Of a stretch of 47,870 bases of DNA, positions 20,340-27,831 are shown piece by piece. A program made the position numbers and the translations under genes. Where the stretch lies: assembly GCA_045630445.1 (NCBI GenBank), contig JAZQTF010000149.1, positions 1 through 47,870 on the forward strand, read 5' to 3'. The notes beneath the pieces were generated by a model. The model saw only the letters and a list, made by a program, of their open reading frames with translations. It searched no databases and was not told where the DNA came from. This DNA is from Acutalibacteraceae bacterium (GTDB lineage: Bacteria; Bacillota; Clostridia; Oscillospirales; Acutalibacteraceae). Each line of letters starts with the position of its first letter. Position 1 is the stretch's first letter.

Positions 20340-21720
20340 TATGTCACTCAAAAAGAATGAGATGCCTTCACAGGAGCCCGGCATCAGAAACAAAAACTTT
20401 GAGGAAGTTGCCCTCGGTTACACAAGGGAGCAGGCTATCGATGAGGCTCAGAGATGCCTTAACTGTAAGCATAAGCCCTGTGTTACAGGTTGCCCTGTTT
20501 CTATCAACATCCCCGAATTTATTGAAAAAGTTGCTCAGGGTGAGTTTGAAGCGGCTTACGACATCATCGTAAAGTCAAGTTCACTTCCCGCAGTATGCGG
20601 CAGAGTATGTCCGCAGGAAACACAGTGTGAGCAGAAATGTATCAGAGCGGTCAAGGGCGAAAGCGTAGCAATCGGCCGTCTTGAAAGATTTGTTGCTGAC
20701 TATCACAATGCAAACTGTACGGACAAGCCGGCAATGCCCGTAAGCAATGGTCATAAAGTTGCAGTTATCGGTGCAGGTCCCGCCGGTCTTACTTGTGCAG
20801 GTGACCTTGCAAAGGCTGGTTACAGCGTAACTGTATTTGAAGCGCTCCACCTTGCAGGCGGTGTACTTGTTTACGGTATTCCTGAATTCAGACTTCCCAA
20901 GTCAATCGTTCAGAAAGAGATTGACAATCTTAAAGCAATCGGCGTTAAGATTGAAACAAATATGGTTATCGGTAAGATTCTTGCAATTGATGAACTTTTT
21001 GAAAAAGGTTTTGAAGCAGTGTTTATCGGCTCCGGTGCAGGCTTGCCCAAGTTTATGAATATCCCCGGTGAAAACCTTAACGGTGTTTACTCCGCAAACG
21101 AGTTCCTCACAAGAGTAAATCTTATGAAAGCTTACAGAGATAACAGTTCAACTCCTATCAAGAAGGCAAGCAGGGTTGCAGTTGTTGGTGGCGGTAACGT
21201 TGCAATGGACGCTGCCCGTTGCGCAAAGAGACTTGGCGCTGACGAAGTTTACATTGTTTACAGACGTTCCGAGTCAGAACTTCCCGCAAGACTTGAGGAG
21301 ATTGAGCACGCAAAAGAAGAAGGCATCATCTTCAAACTTCTCACAAACCCCGTTGCTATCACTGGTGATGACAACAGAAATGTAAAGGGCATCCGTTGCG
21401 TTGAGATGGAACTCGGTGAGCCTGATGAGTCAGGCAGAAGACGTCCCGTTGTCAAGGAAAATAGTGAGCACGAACTTCCCATTGACTGCGTAATTATGTC
21501 AATCGGTACTTCTCCCAACCCGCTTATCAAATCCACAACAAAGGGACTTGATACTCACAGCTGGGGTGGCATCATCGCTGATGAAAACGGCCTCACTTCA
21601 AGAGAGGGTGTTTATGCAGGTGGTGACGCTGTTACAGGTGCTGCAACAGTAATTCTTGCTATGGGTGCAGGTAAAAAAGCCGCAGCCGATATTGACAGAT
21701 ACATAAAAAGCAAACAGTAA
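20332..21720 (+). CDS. nfnB: NfnB-type NADPH-dependent oxidoreductase (GltD-like, 'glutamate synthase small chain' family)
   Basis: N-terminal 2x[4Fe-4S] region (CLNCKHKPCVTGCPV, CGRVCP) and two dinucleotide folds (VIGAGPAGL, VVGGGNVAMD). I chose ATG 20332 (RBS GGGGGAG) over the track's 20236. Confidence 0.75.
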   Translation: MANMSLKKNEMPSQEPGIRNKNFEEVALGYTREQAIDEAQRCLNCKHKPCVTGCPVSINIPEFIEKVAQGEFEAAYDIIVKSSSLPAVCGRVCPQETQCEQKCIRAVKGESVAIGRLERFVADYHNANCTDKPAMPVSNGHKVAVIGAGPAGLTCAGDLAKAGYSVTVFEALHLAGGVLVYGIPEFRLPKSIVQKEIDNLKAIGVKIETNMVIGKILAIDELFEKGFEAVFIGSGAGLPKFMNIPGENLNGVYSANEFLTRVNLMKAYRDNSSTPIKKASRVAVVGGGNVAMDAARCAKRLGADEVYIVYRRSESELPARLEEIEHAKEEGIIFKLLTNPVAITGDDNRNVKGIRCVEMELGEPDESGRRRPVVKENSEHELPIDCVIMSIGTSPNPLIKSTTKGLDTHSWGGIIADENGLTSREGVYAGGDAVTGAATVILAMGAGKKAAADIDRYIKSKQ

Positions 21721-21728
21721 TTTTGACT

Positions 21729-21762
21729 GAGTGGAAATTTTCTTGATTTCCACTCTTTTTTT
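21729..21762 (+). terminator. Rho-independent terminator after nfnB
   Basis: gagtggaaat-tttcttg-atttccactc followed by TTTTTTT. Confidence 0.85.
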
Positions 21763-21775
21763 ATTGAAAATATGC

Positions 21776-21804
21776 TTGACATATCACAATTATTCTGTTA
21801 CAAT
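21776..21804 (+). promoter_or_regulatory. Sigma-A promoter for ylxM-ffh-rpsP-ylqC
   Basis: TTGACA, a 17-nt spacer, then TACAAT with an extended TGt. Confidence 0.55.
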
Positions 21805-21849
21805 TCAATGGGTGTAAAGATAAAGTGCTTTACACACTGATTTTTTGGG

Positions 21850-22227
21850 GTGTTGGCAATGGCGCAGAATTTAGAGATTACAATGCTTGTCGATATTTAC
21901 GGCGCAATGCTTACGGAAAAACAACGTGATTTTCTCTCCTTGTATTATGATGAGGATTTGTCCCTTGCGGAAATTGCCGCAAATGAGGGGATAACCCGTC
22001 AGGGTGTGCGTGACGCAATCAAAAGGGCGGAGGCGCAACTGCTTGATATGGAGAGTAAACTCGGCTTTGAAAAGCGTTTCAGGGAGAATCTGCAAAAGAT
22101 TGATGACATCCGTCGCGTTGTTGCAGAAATCAAAAAGTACAACTCTTATCACGGAATGTCCAGAGAACTTGGCAACAAGGTGGACAAAATTGAGGAGTTG
22201 TTGAGTCAACTTACGGAAACACAGTAA
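21850..22227 (+). CDS. ylxM: YlxM (UPF0122) putative DNA-binding protein
   Basis: About 122-125 aa with LTEKQRDFLSLYYDEDLSLAEIA and a sigma-70 region-4-like HTH. It lies immediately upstream of ffh. The start is GTG 21850 or ATG 21859. Confidence 0.85.
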   Translation: MLAMAQNLEITMLVDIYGAMLTEKQRDFLSLYYDEDLSLAEIAANEGITRQGVRDAIKRAEAQLLDMESKLGFEKRFRENLQKIDDIRRVVAEIKKYNSYHGMSRELGNKVDKIEELLSQLTETQ

Positions 22228-22245
22228 TAAGGGAGGCTTTCCGAA

Positions 22246-23601
22246 ATGGCATTTGAAGGACTTACCGATAAACTTAATAATGCTTTTAAAAGACTCCGTT
22301 CCAAAGGAAAGTTGACGGAGTCAGATATCAAAGATGCAATGCGTGAAGTCCGCCTTGCTTTGCTTGAAGCGGACGTAAACTATAAGGTCGCAAAGGATTT
22401 TACATCCAAGGTCAGCGAAAGGGCAGTGGGCGCTCAGGTAATGGAGAGTCTTACTCCCGCGCAGATGGTTATCAAAATCGTAAAAGAAGAAATGACCGCT
22501 CTCATGGGTGGCACACAGACAAGAATCGCGACTGCATCCAAACCGCCGACAGTTGTAATGATGTGCGGTTTGCAGGGCTCAGGTAAAACAACCCACAGTG
22601 CAAAACTTGCAATGATGCTCAAAAAGAAGGGTCACAGACCTCTCCTTGTTGCGTGTGATATTTATCGTCCCGCTGCTATCAAACAGCTTCAGGTTGTTGG
22701 TGAAAAAGCGGGTGTACCCGTTTTTGAAATGGGCACAGAAAATCCCGTCAAAATTGCAAAAGAAGCAATCAGGCACGCAAAGGACCACGGTAACGATTAC
22801 GTATTCCTTGATACCGCAGGTCGTCTGCATATTGACGAGGAGTTGATGGATGAACTCAAATCAATCAAATCCGAAGTAATCCCGCATGAAATTCTCCTTG
22901 TAATTGACGCAATGGTCGGTCAGGATGCGGTAAACGTTGCGGATAAATTCAATCAGGCGCTCGGAATTGATGGCGTTATCGTCACAAAACTTGACGGTGA
23001 CACAAGGGGCGGTACTGCACTTTCAGTAAAGGCAGTTACAGGCAAGCCCATCAAATTCATCGGTGTCGGTGAAAAACTTGATGAACTTGAAGAATTCCAT
23101 CCCGACAGAATGGCTTCAAGAATTCTCGGAATGGGTGACGTGCTCTCATTCATTGAAAAAGCAGAGCAGCAGATCGACGAAAAGAAAGCAAAGGAACTTG
23201 AAGAAAAACTTCGTAAAAACAAGTTTGACCTCAACGATTTGCTTGACCAGACCCGACAGGTTCGCAAGATGGGTTCACTCAAACAGATGCTCTCAATGAT
23301 TCCCGGTGTGGGAAGTAAGATAAAGGACGTTGACGTTGATGAAAATCAGTTCAACGTTATGGAAGCGATTATTCTCTCAATGACAAAGAAGGAGAGAGAA
23401 AATCCGGATATTATCAATCCGTCAAGAAAACGCCGTATCGCTGCAGGTTGCGGCAAGCAGGTTGAGGATGTCAACCGTCTGCTCGCTCAGTACAGACAGA
23501 TGCAGAAGATGATGAAGCAGTTCTCATCAATGAAGGGCAAAAAGGGCGCAGCGCGTATGCTCGGCAAATTCGGCAATAACGGCGGCGGATTCGGATTTTA
23601 A
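22246..23601 (+). CDS. ffh: Signal recognition particle protein Ffh
   Basis: 451 aa with GLQGSGKTT, DTAGR, TKLDGDTRGG and a Met-rich M domain. Confidence 0.95.
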   Translation: MAFEGLTDKLNNAFKRLRSKGKLTESDIKDAMREVRLALLEADVNYKVAKDFTSKVSERAVGAQVMESLTPAQMVIKIVKEEMTALMGGTQTRIATASKPPTVVMMCGLQGSGKTTHSAKLAMMLKKKGHRPLLVACDIYRPAAIKQLQVVGEKAGVPVFEMGTENPVKIAKEAIRHAKDHGNDYVFLDTAGRLHIDEELMDELKSIKSEVIPHEILLVIDAMVGQDAVNVADKFNQALGIDGVIVTKLDGDTRGGTALSVKAVTGKPIKFIGVGEKLDELEEFHPDRMASRILGMGDVLSFIEKAEQQIDEKKAKELEEKLRKNKFDLNDLLDQTRQVRKMGSLKQMLSMIPGVGSKIKDVDVDENQFNVMEAIILSMTKKERENPDIINPSRKRRIAAGCGKQVEDVNRLLAQYRQMQKMMKQFSSMKGKKGAARMLGKFGNNGGGFGF

Positions 23602-23657
23602 TTTGCTATAATCACAATGGTGATGTAGATACAAGTTTTGTGTGGAGGTGAATACAA

Positions 23658-23900
23658 ATGGCAGTAAAAATCAGACTTCGTAGAATGGGTGCAAAGAAGG
23701 CTCCGTTTTACAGAATTGTTGTTGCAGATTCAAGATATCCGAGAGATGGTCGTTTCATCGAAGAAATCGGTTACTACAATCCTACAACAGAACCCGCTGA
23801 GGTAAAGATTGATGTAGAGAAGGCTCAGAAGTGGATTTCCACAGGTGCTCAGCCGACTGATACAGTAAAATCTTTGTTTAAGAAGAACAATGTATTATAA
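23658..23900 (+). CDS. rpsP: 30S ribosomal protein bS16
   Basis: 80 aa beginning [26 protein letters not shown]. Confidence 0.95.
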   Translation: MAVKIRLRRMGAKKAPFYRIVVADSRYPRDGRFIEEIGYYNPTTEPAEVKIDVEKAQKWISTGAQPTDTVKSLFKKNNVL

Positions 23901-23921
23901 TTATCGTGCCAACTAACGGAG

Positions 23922-24164
23922 GTGGAACAATTGAAGGAATTACTTATTACTATCGCAAGAGGGCTTGTAGAAGAGCCGGACATGGTCAAAGTTGACGTCG
24001 ATGAGCCCAGAGAAGATGGTGTAGTTGTTTATCATTTGCACGTAGCTGAGAATGATATGGGCAGAGTAATTGGTAAACAGGGACGTATAGCAAAGGCCAT
24101 CCGTACAGTCATGAGAGCAACAGCTAACCGCTCAAACTCCAAGATTGTTGTTGAGATCGACTAA
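23922..24164 (+). CDS. ylqC: KH-domain RNA-binding protein (YlqC family)
   Basis: 80 aa with a GTG start after RBS ACGGAGG, and KH motif VIGKQGRIAKAIRTV. Confidence 0.85.
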   Translation: MEQLKELLITIARGLVEEPDMVKVDVDEPREDGVVVYHLHVAENDMGRVIGKQGRIAKAIRTVMRATANRSNSKIVVEID

Positions 24165-24203
24165 TTTATCAATACGCTCTTAAACAATACTGTAGTTGAT
24201 AAT

Positions 24204-24260
24204 CTCCATAGAGTGCTGCTTGAATTTTTCAGGCGCTACACTATGGAGTTTATTATTTTT
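24204..24260 (+). terminator. Terminator-like hairpin after ylqC
   Basis: ctccatag(a)gtg (24204-24215) pairs with cactatggag (24239-24248), followed by TTTATTATTTTT. Confidence 0.5.
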
Positions 24261-24267
24261 ATAAACA

Positions 24268-24306
24268 AAAAATCCTTGGAGTTTTCTCCAAGGATTTCAG
24301 TTTTTT
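24268..24306. terminator. Bidirectional terminator shared by ylqC (+) and the glycosyltransferase (-)
   Basis: aaatccttggag-tttt-ctccaaggattt forms a 12-bp stem, flanked by an A-run upstream and a T-run downstream. Confidence 0.85.
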
Positions 24307-25465
24307 ATTTTGATTTTTTCATCGTGCTGAGAATAACGTCAAGGTATCTTGCCGCAATTTTTTCTTCGGTCAGACCGCTTACAGTTTCAATGGTTGCGTC
24401 TGAAATTGCGGAGCGTTCTTTGATTGGCATTTCAGCAATCTGGTCAAGACACTGCGTGAGTGCATCGGTGTCTTTTTCTTTTAAAATATATCCGTTGATT
24501 CCGTGTTTTACAATGCCGTCAATTCTGCTGTCCTCAACGCAAACGGGAATGCAACCCTGTGACATTGCTTCAAGGTATGACAGACCAAATGTGACGTGGC
24601 TGTTAGCCATTATAAAGACGTCTGATTCACGGATTATCCTGAACGCGTCTGCTTTGAGCATTGAGCCGCGGAATGTTACAATATCTGTAAGACCAAGGTT
24701 TGCAATCAGCCTGTGAAGCGCAGGCTCCATTGAGCCGATGCCGATGATATCAAGGTGCATCTTGTCCCTGTTCTTTGTTTTTGAAAGCGCATTGATTATC
24801 ACGTCAAGGTTTCTGAATGGTGTCAGTTCGCCAATGAAAAGCAGGCGGAGTTTCTCCTCGTCCCATACCTTGTCAATTCTTTCGGGCATTATGAAATTCG
24901 GTGTCTCAGAGCAGGTAACAACGCAGGGCTTGTCTGTTTTTGTGATGTTCTTTATCTTCGTCTGGACGGAATCAAGTGTAAATGCAAACGCATCGTAAAT
25001 CTTGTTGTATCTTGCAAACTTGGGAATCCTGAGCGTTGTTGCGTCCTTTGTTGTGAAAACCGCAACCTTGTGGCAGGGGATTCGCAGATAATCCGCAATG
25101 TCATACGCTGAAGTCGGCTCGTGGACTATCAGCAGGTCAATCGGCGGCAGTGTCTTGAGCAGTTTTCTGTACTGCTTTGCCGCACTTCTCAGCATTCTCT
25201 TTTTAACACCGTTCTTTGATGATGAAAGTTTGATGTCTTTGATGTAAAGTGAAACGTTATCCGCAGTTGTTTCAAAAATCTTTTTTGAATAAAAATTACG
25301 CGGGTCGCTCAAAAATGATTCGGACTGAAGAAAGAGAGGGAAAGCAATTACGTTATGGCCCATCTTTGCCCATTGTCTTGCTGTGTAATGCAGTGACATA
25401 TTTTCAGTGTATAAATTCGCCTTGTTGATTGGCGGATATTGTGAACTGATGATAAGAATGTTCAT
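24305..25465 (-). CDS. Glycosyltransferase family 4 (GT-B, Glycos_transf_1)
   Basis: 386 aa. The N-terminus MNILIISSQYPP and the C-terminal half (LLFIGE..., FGLSYLEAMSQGCIPVCVE, GINGYIL) are typical of GT4. Confidence 0.8.
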   Translation of the reverse strand: MNILIISSQYPPINKANLYTENMSLHYTARQWAKMGHNVIAFPLFLQSESFLSDPRNFYSKKIFETTADNVSLYIKDIKLSSSKNGVKKRMLRSAAKQYRKLLKTLPPIDLLIVHEPTSAYDIADYLRIPCHKVAVFTTKDATTLRIPKFARYNKIYDAFAFTLDSVQTKIKNITKTDKPCVVTCSETPNFIMPERIDKVWDEEKLRLLFIGELTPFRNLDVIINALSKTKNRDKMHLDIIGIGSMEPALHRLIANLGLTDIVTFRGSMLKADAFRIIRESDVFIMANSHVTFGLSYLEAMSQGCIPVCVEDSRIDGIVKHGINGYILKEKDTDALTQCLDQIAEMPIKERSAISDATIETVSGLTEEKIAARYLDVILSTMKKSK

Positions 25466-25545
25466 ATCGTGCGGCCGTCTCCCTTCATTTAGTATTCTGA
25501 AATTTTATTATACAATAGGAATAATAAAAAAACAAGTATAATGTT

Positions 25546-26073
25546 TTACATAAACGCAAACCAGTATGCGTCGTAGTCATACACAAACCAGTCGCCATCA
25601 ATTTTAAGAATTGTGAGTGATTGATTTCTTGACTTTTCACCATATTCGCTTTTAAGTGTAACAGTGAAATTTACTGTTTTTGCATCGTCAACCGTGAGGG
25701 AATACTTTGATTTGTATTCTCTTATAATTGAGTTTCTGTCCGTTTCGTTTGTTTCCGTTACTTCAATATTACTTAATTCAGAACTGAATTCTTCTCCGTA
25801 ATAATAGACAATCTGGTCGCGTGTGCGGCCGTATCTGTCCTCAAAATATCCGCCGTCATCAAAACGGACAGCGTAAACCTTTTCGCCAACGCAACTCTCA
25901 ATTTCTTGTGTGTTGATGTTTGGGAAAAGAGCATCGTTAAATCTTTGCACAACTGTTTTTACGGAGTTTTCGCTGTCTGGTAAAAACACAAAAACGCAAA
26001 CCGCAACTGCCACAATTATCACTGCAACGATTACTGATACAATAATATTTTTATGATTTTTCATTTCAATCAT
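25546..26073 (-). CDS. Hypothetical membrane-anchored protein with one N-terminal TM and an extracytoplasmic ~140-aa domain
   Basis: 175 aa. TM segment IIVSVIVAVIIVAVAVCVFVF is followed by a mixed alpha/beta domain ending LTILKIDGDWFVYDY, possibly an NTF2/DUF4878-like fold. No motif was recognised with certainty. Confidence 0.6.
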   Translation of the reverse strand: MIEMKNHKNIIVSVIVAVIIVAVAVCVFVFLPDSENSVKTVVQRFNDALFPNINTQEIESCVGEKVYAVRFDDGGYFEDRYGRTRDQIVYYYGEEFSSELSNIEVTETNETDRNSIIREYKSKYSLTVDDAKTVNFTVTLKSEYGEKSRNQSLTILKIDGDWFVYDYDAYWFAFM

Positions 26074-26092
26074 TCAACCCTTTCTGAAACTT

Positions 26093-26121
26093 ATTTTATA
26101 CTTGTAAGTTATTTATGTCAA
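26093..26121 (-). promoter_or_regulatory. Sigma-A promoter candidate for the 175-aa protein (and possibly the GT4 gene)
   Basis: On the minus strand: TTGACA (26121-26116), a 17-nt spacer, then TAAAAT (26098-26093). Confidence 0.5.
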
Positions 26122-26136
26122 GTTGAATAATTATGC

Positions 26137-26165
26137 TTGAAAAAATAGAAAAACTGTGATAGAAT
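26137..26165 (+). promoter_or_regulatory. Sigma-A promoter candidate for nrdR
   Basis: TTGAAA, a 17-nt spacer, then TAGAAT with an extended TGa. Confidence 0.5.
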
Positions 26166-26167
26166 AA

Positions 26168-26183
26168 ACACAATATATAGTAT
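26168..26183. promoter_or_regulatory. NrdR-box-like palindrome overlapping the predicted nrdR transcription start
   Basis: ACACAATATATAGTAT matches the NrdR-box consensus acaCwAtATaTwGtgt at 15 of 16 positions. It starts 3 nt downstream of the -10 element. Confidence 0.45.
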
Positions 26184-26200
26184 GTTTGGAGTTGATTCAG

Positions 26201-26656
26201 GTGAAGTGTCCTTTTTGCGGATATGAAGAGAGCAAGGTTGTTGATTCCCGCCCGACTGATGAGGGCGAGCGTATCAGACGCAGACGTGAGTGTATCAGTT
26301 GTGCCAAGAGATTTACCACTTACGAAGTAATTGAGAGCATTCCGCTCATCGTTGTCAAGAAAGACAAGTCAAGGGAGCAGTTTGACCGTAACAAGTTGCT
26401 TGGCGGTATGTTGCGTGCGTGTGAAAAACGCCCCGTTTCAATCGCAACTCTTGAGGAAGCAATCAGTGATATTGAACTCAAACTCCAGAATTCGCTTGAC
26501 AGGGAGATTACAACAACATACATCGGTGAACTTGTAATGGATAAACTCAGAGCAATTGATGAAGTTGCTTATGTCCGTTTTGCTTCCGTTTATCGTCAGT
26601 TTAAGGATATCAACACCTTTATGACTGAACTTGCAAAACTTCTCAATGACAAATAA
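26201..26656 (+). CDS. nrdR: Transcriptional repressor NrdR
   Basis: Zn-ribbon KCPFCG...CISCAKRF plus an ATP-cone. I chose GTG 26201 (NrdR normally begins M-K/R-C-P-x-C; RBS TTGGAG upstream) over the track's TTG 26186. Confidence 0.9.
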   Translation: MKCPFCGYEESKVVDSRPTDEGERIRRRRECISCAKRFTTYEVIESIPLIVVKKDKSREQFDRNKLLGGMLRACEKRPVSIATLEEAISDIELKLQNSLDREITTTYIGELVMDKLRAIDEVAYVRFASVYRQFKDINTFMTELAKLLNDK

Positions 26657-27037
26657 TCAGAATATATTCTGTATTTTCGGTTTTTGATCGTCAAGTGCGC
26701 AATGTAGCCGTGAGACTGCCTCGTTGCAGTTTTCATAAAATGATTCGTTGTCATTCTGCTTTGCGTAAACGTGCAGTTTTTTAAGCAGTGTTTCAATCTC
26801 CGAAAACTCATTGTGGATAAATATTGATTTGAAAAGGGTGGAGTTGTTGCTCCACTCTTTATTTATTTTTTCAGCAATTTCTTTAAGGTCAGCGTCAGGG
26901 CTTTCGCTTATCTGCGCAGCGTAACCGTCAATCATCTGCGTCAGTTTTTCGCCCCTTGATTCAACAACAAAAAATCCGCATATACAAAAAGCAATCGTAA
27001 TCGTCAGTATAGTAATCGCAATCCAGGTTCTCTTCAT
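26657..27037 (-). CDS. DUF4363 family protein
   Basis: 126 aa with an N-terminal TM (WIAITILTITIAFCICGFFVV) and a helical domain. It sits directly downstream of a DUF421 gene, the usual pairing. Confidence 0.65.
   Translation of the reverse strand: MKRTWIAITILTITIAFCICGFFVVESRGEKLTQMIDGYAAQISESPDADLKEIAEKINKEWSNNSTLFKSIFIHNEFSEIETLLKKLHVYAKQNDNESFYENCNEAVSRLHCALDDQKPKIQNIF
26658..26685 (+). terminator. Perfect 14-nt palindrome plus T-rich tract at the nrdR stop, inside the 3' end of the convergent gene
   Basis: CAGAATATATTCTG (26658-26671) followed by tattttcggttttt. The stem is short and AT-rich, so this is at best a weak terminator. Confidence 0.3.
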
Positions 27038-27039
27038 TT

Positions 27040-27729
27040 TTATTCATTTCCTTTGTCAATCTTAACCGTGTTGAATTGTCCGGTTCTGTTCACAGTCAGC
27101 AAAAAAACGTCACTGATTTTAATTCCGTTTTCATCAAGATGTTTGTTGATTCGTTCTTCATCAATTCCGTAAACACCAATGTTTTCTTTCACAATTTTCC
27201 CGTCAGCAATAAGCACTTGCGGGACACCTTGTTCCTGAGTCGGAATTGACAAAATGTGCGCAGTGACCGTCTGATGCTCCGCTTTTTTCAGCACACTCAG
27301 TGAGCCGTTTGTTTCAACAATCGCAGTGTCAACTTCGTCAATGTCAAAAACATCCTGTTGCCTTAACGCTGCAATCAGGTCGTCAGTTGTAAAACGCAGA
27401 CTCTTCATTTTCTTTATGTTTATTTTACCGTTTTCAATAACAGTAACCGCTTTTCCGCTGAAAGCATTTCTTATTACAATGCTTTTCATACTTATCACAG
27501 AAAGAATTATTTCAAGACAAATCAGCACCATAACCGGAATAATCGCAGTAATGAGCGGCAAGGAGTTGTCCTGGATAGGTATTGCTGCAACTTCTGATAT
27601 AAGGATTGTTATCACAAGTTCGGATGGTTGCAATTGACCAATCTGTCTTTTGCCCATCAATCGTATAGCGATTATAACAACAAAATAAAGGATTACCGAA
27701 CGTGTAAGTGTAATCAGCAAATAAACCAC
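27040..27729 (-). CDS. DUF421 (YetF/YdfS-like) membrane protein
   Basis: 229 aa with IRLMGKRQIGQLQPSELVITILISEVAA typical of DUF421 N-termini. GTG 27729 overlaps its RBS, so the in-frame TTG at 27720 is an alternative start. Confidence 0.75.
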   Translation of the reverse strand: MVYLLITLTRSVILYFVVIIAIRLMGKRQIGQLQPSELVITILISEVAAIPIQDNSLPLITAIIPVMVLICLEIILSVISMKSIVIRNAFSGKAVTVIENGKINIKKMKSLRFTTDDLIAALRQQDVFDIDEVDTAIVETNGSLSVLKKAEHQTVTAHILSIPTQEQGVPQVLIADGKIVKENIGVYGIDEERINKHLDENGIKISDVFLLTVNRTGQFNTVKIDKGNE

Positions 27730-27831
27730 CTCGCCAATAAGTTTTGGCAGGTTTTTCTTTTTTATGCCACTGCTTTGAATAAATGCGGGTTGTGCGGGAA
27801 ATCTTTTATAAACGGAAAGGGCAGTGATGTT

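Noticed and set aside
25488-25505. A CodY-box-like sequence (minus strand AAATTTCAGAATACT) between the GT4 promoter candidate and its RBS.
   Set aside because: It matches AATTTTCWGAAAATT at only 12 of 15 positions and lies in AT-rich sequence, which is too weak without a PWM score or conservation.
27775-27831. A TGAATA hexamer upstream of gerAA as a possible sigma-G -35 element.
   Set aside because: No acceptable CATnnTA (or GGnnAnAnT) -10 lies at 17-18 nt spacing; the sequence there is AAATCTT. I could not support a promoter call by eye.
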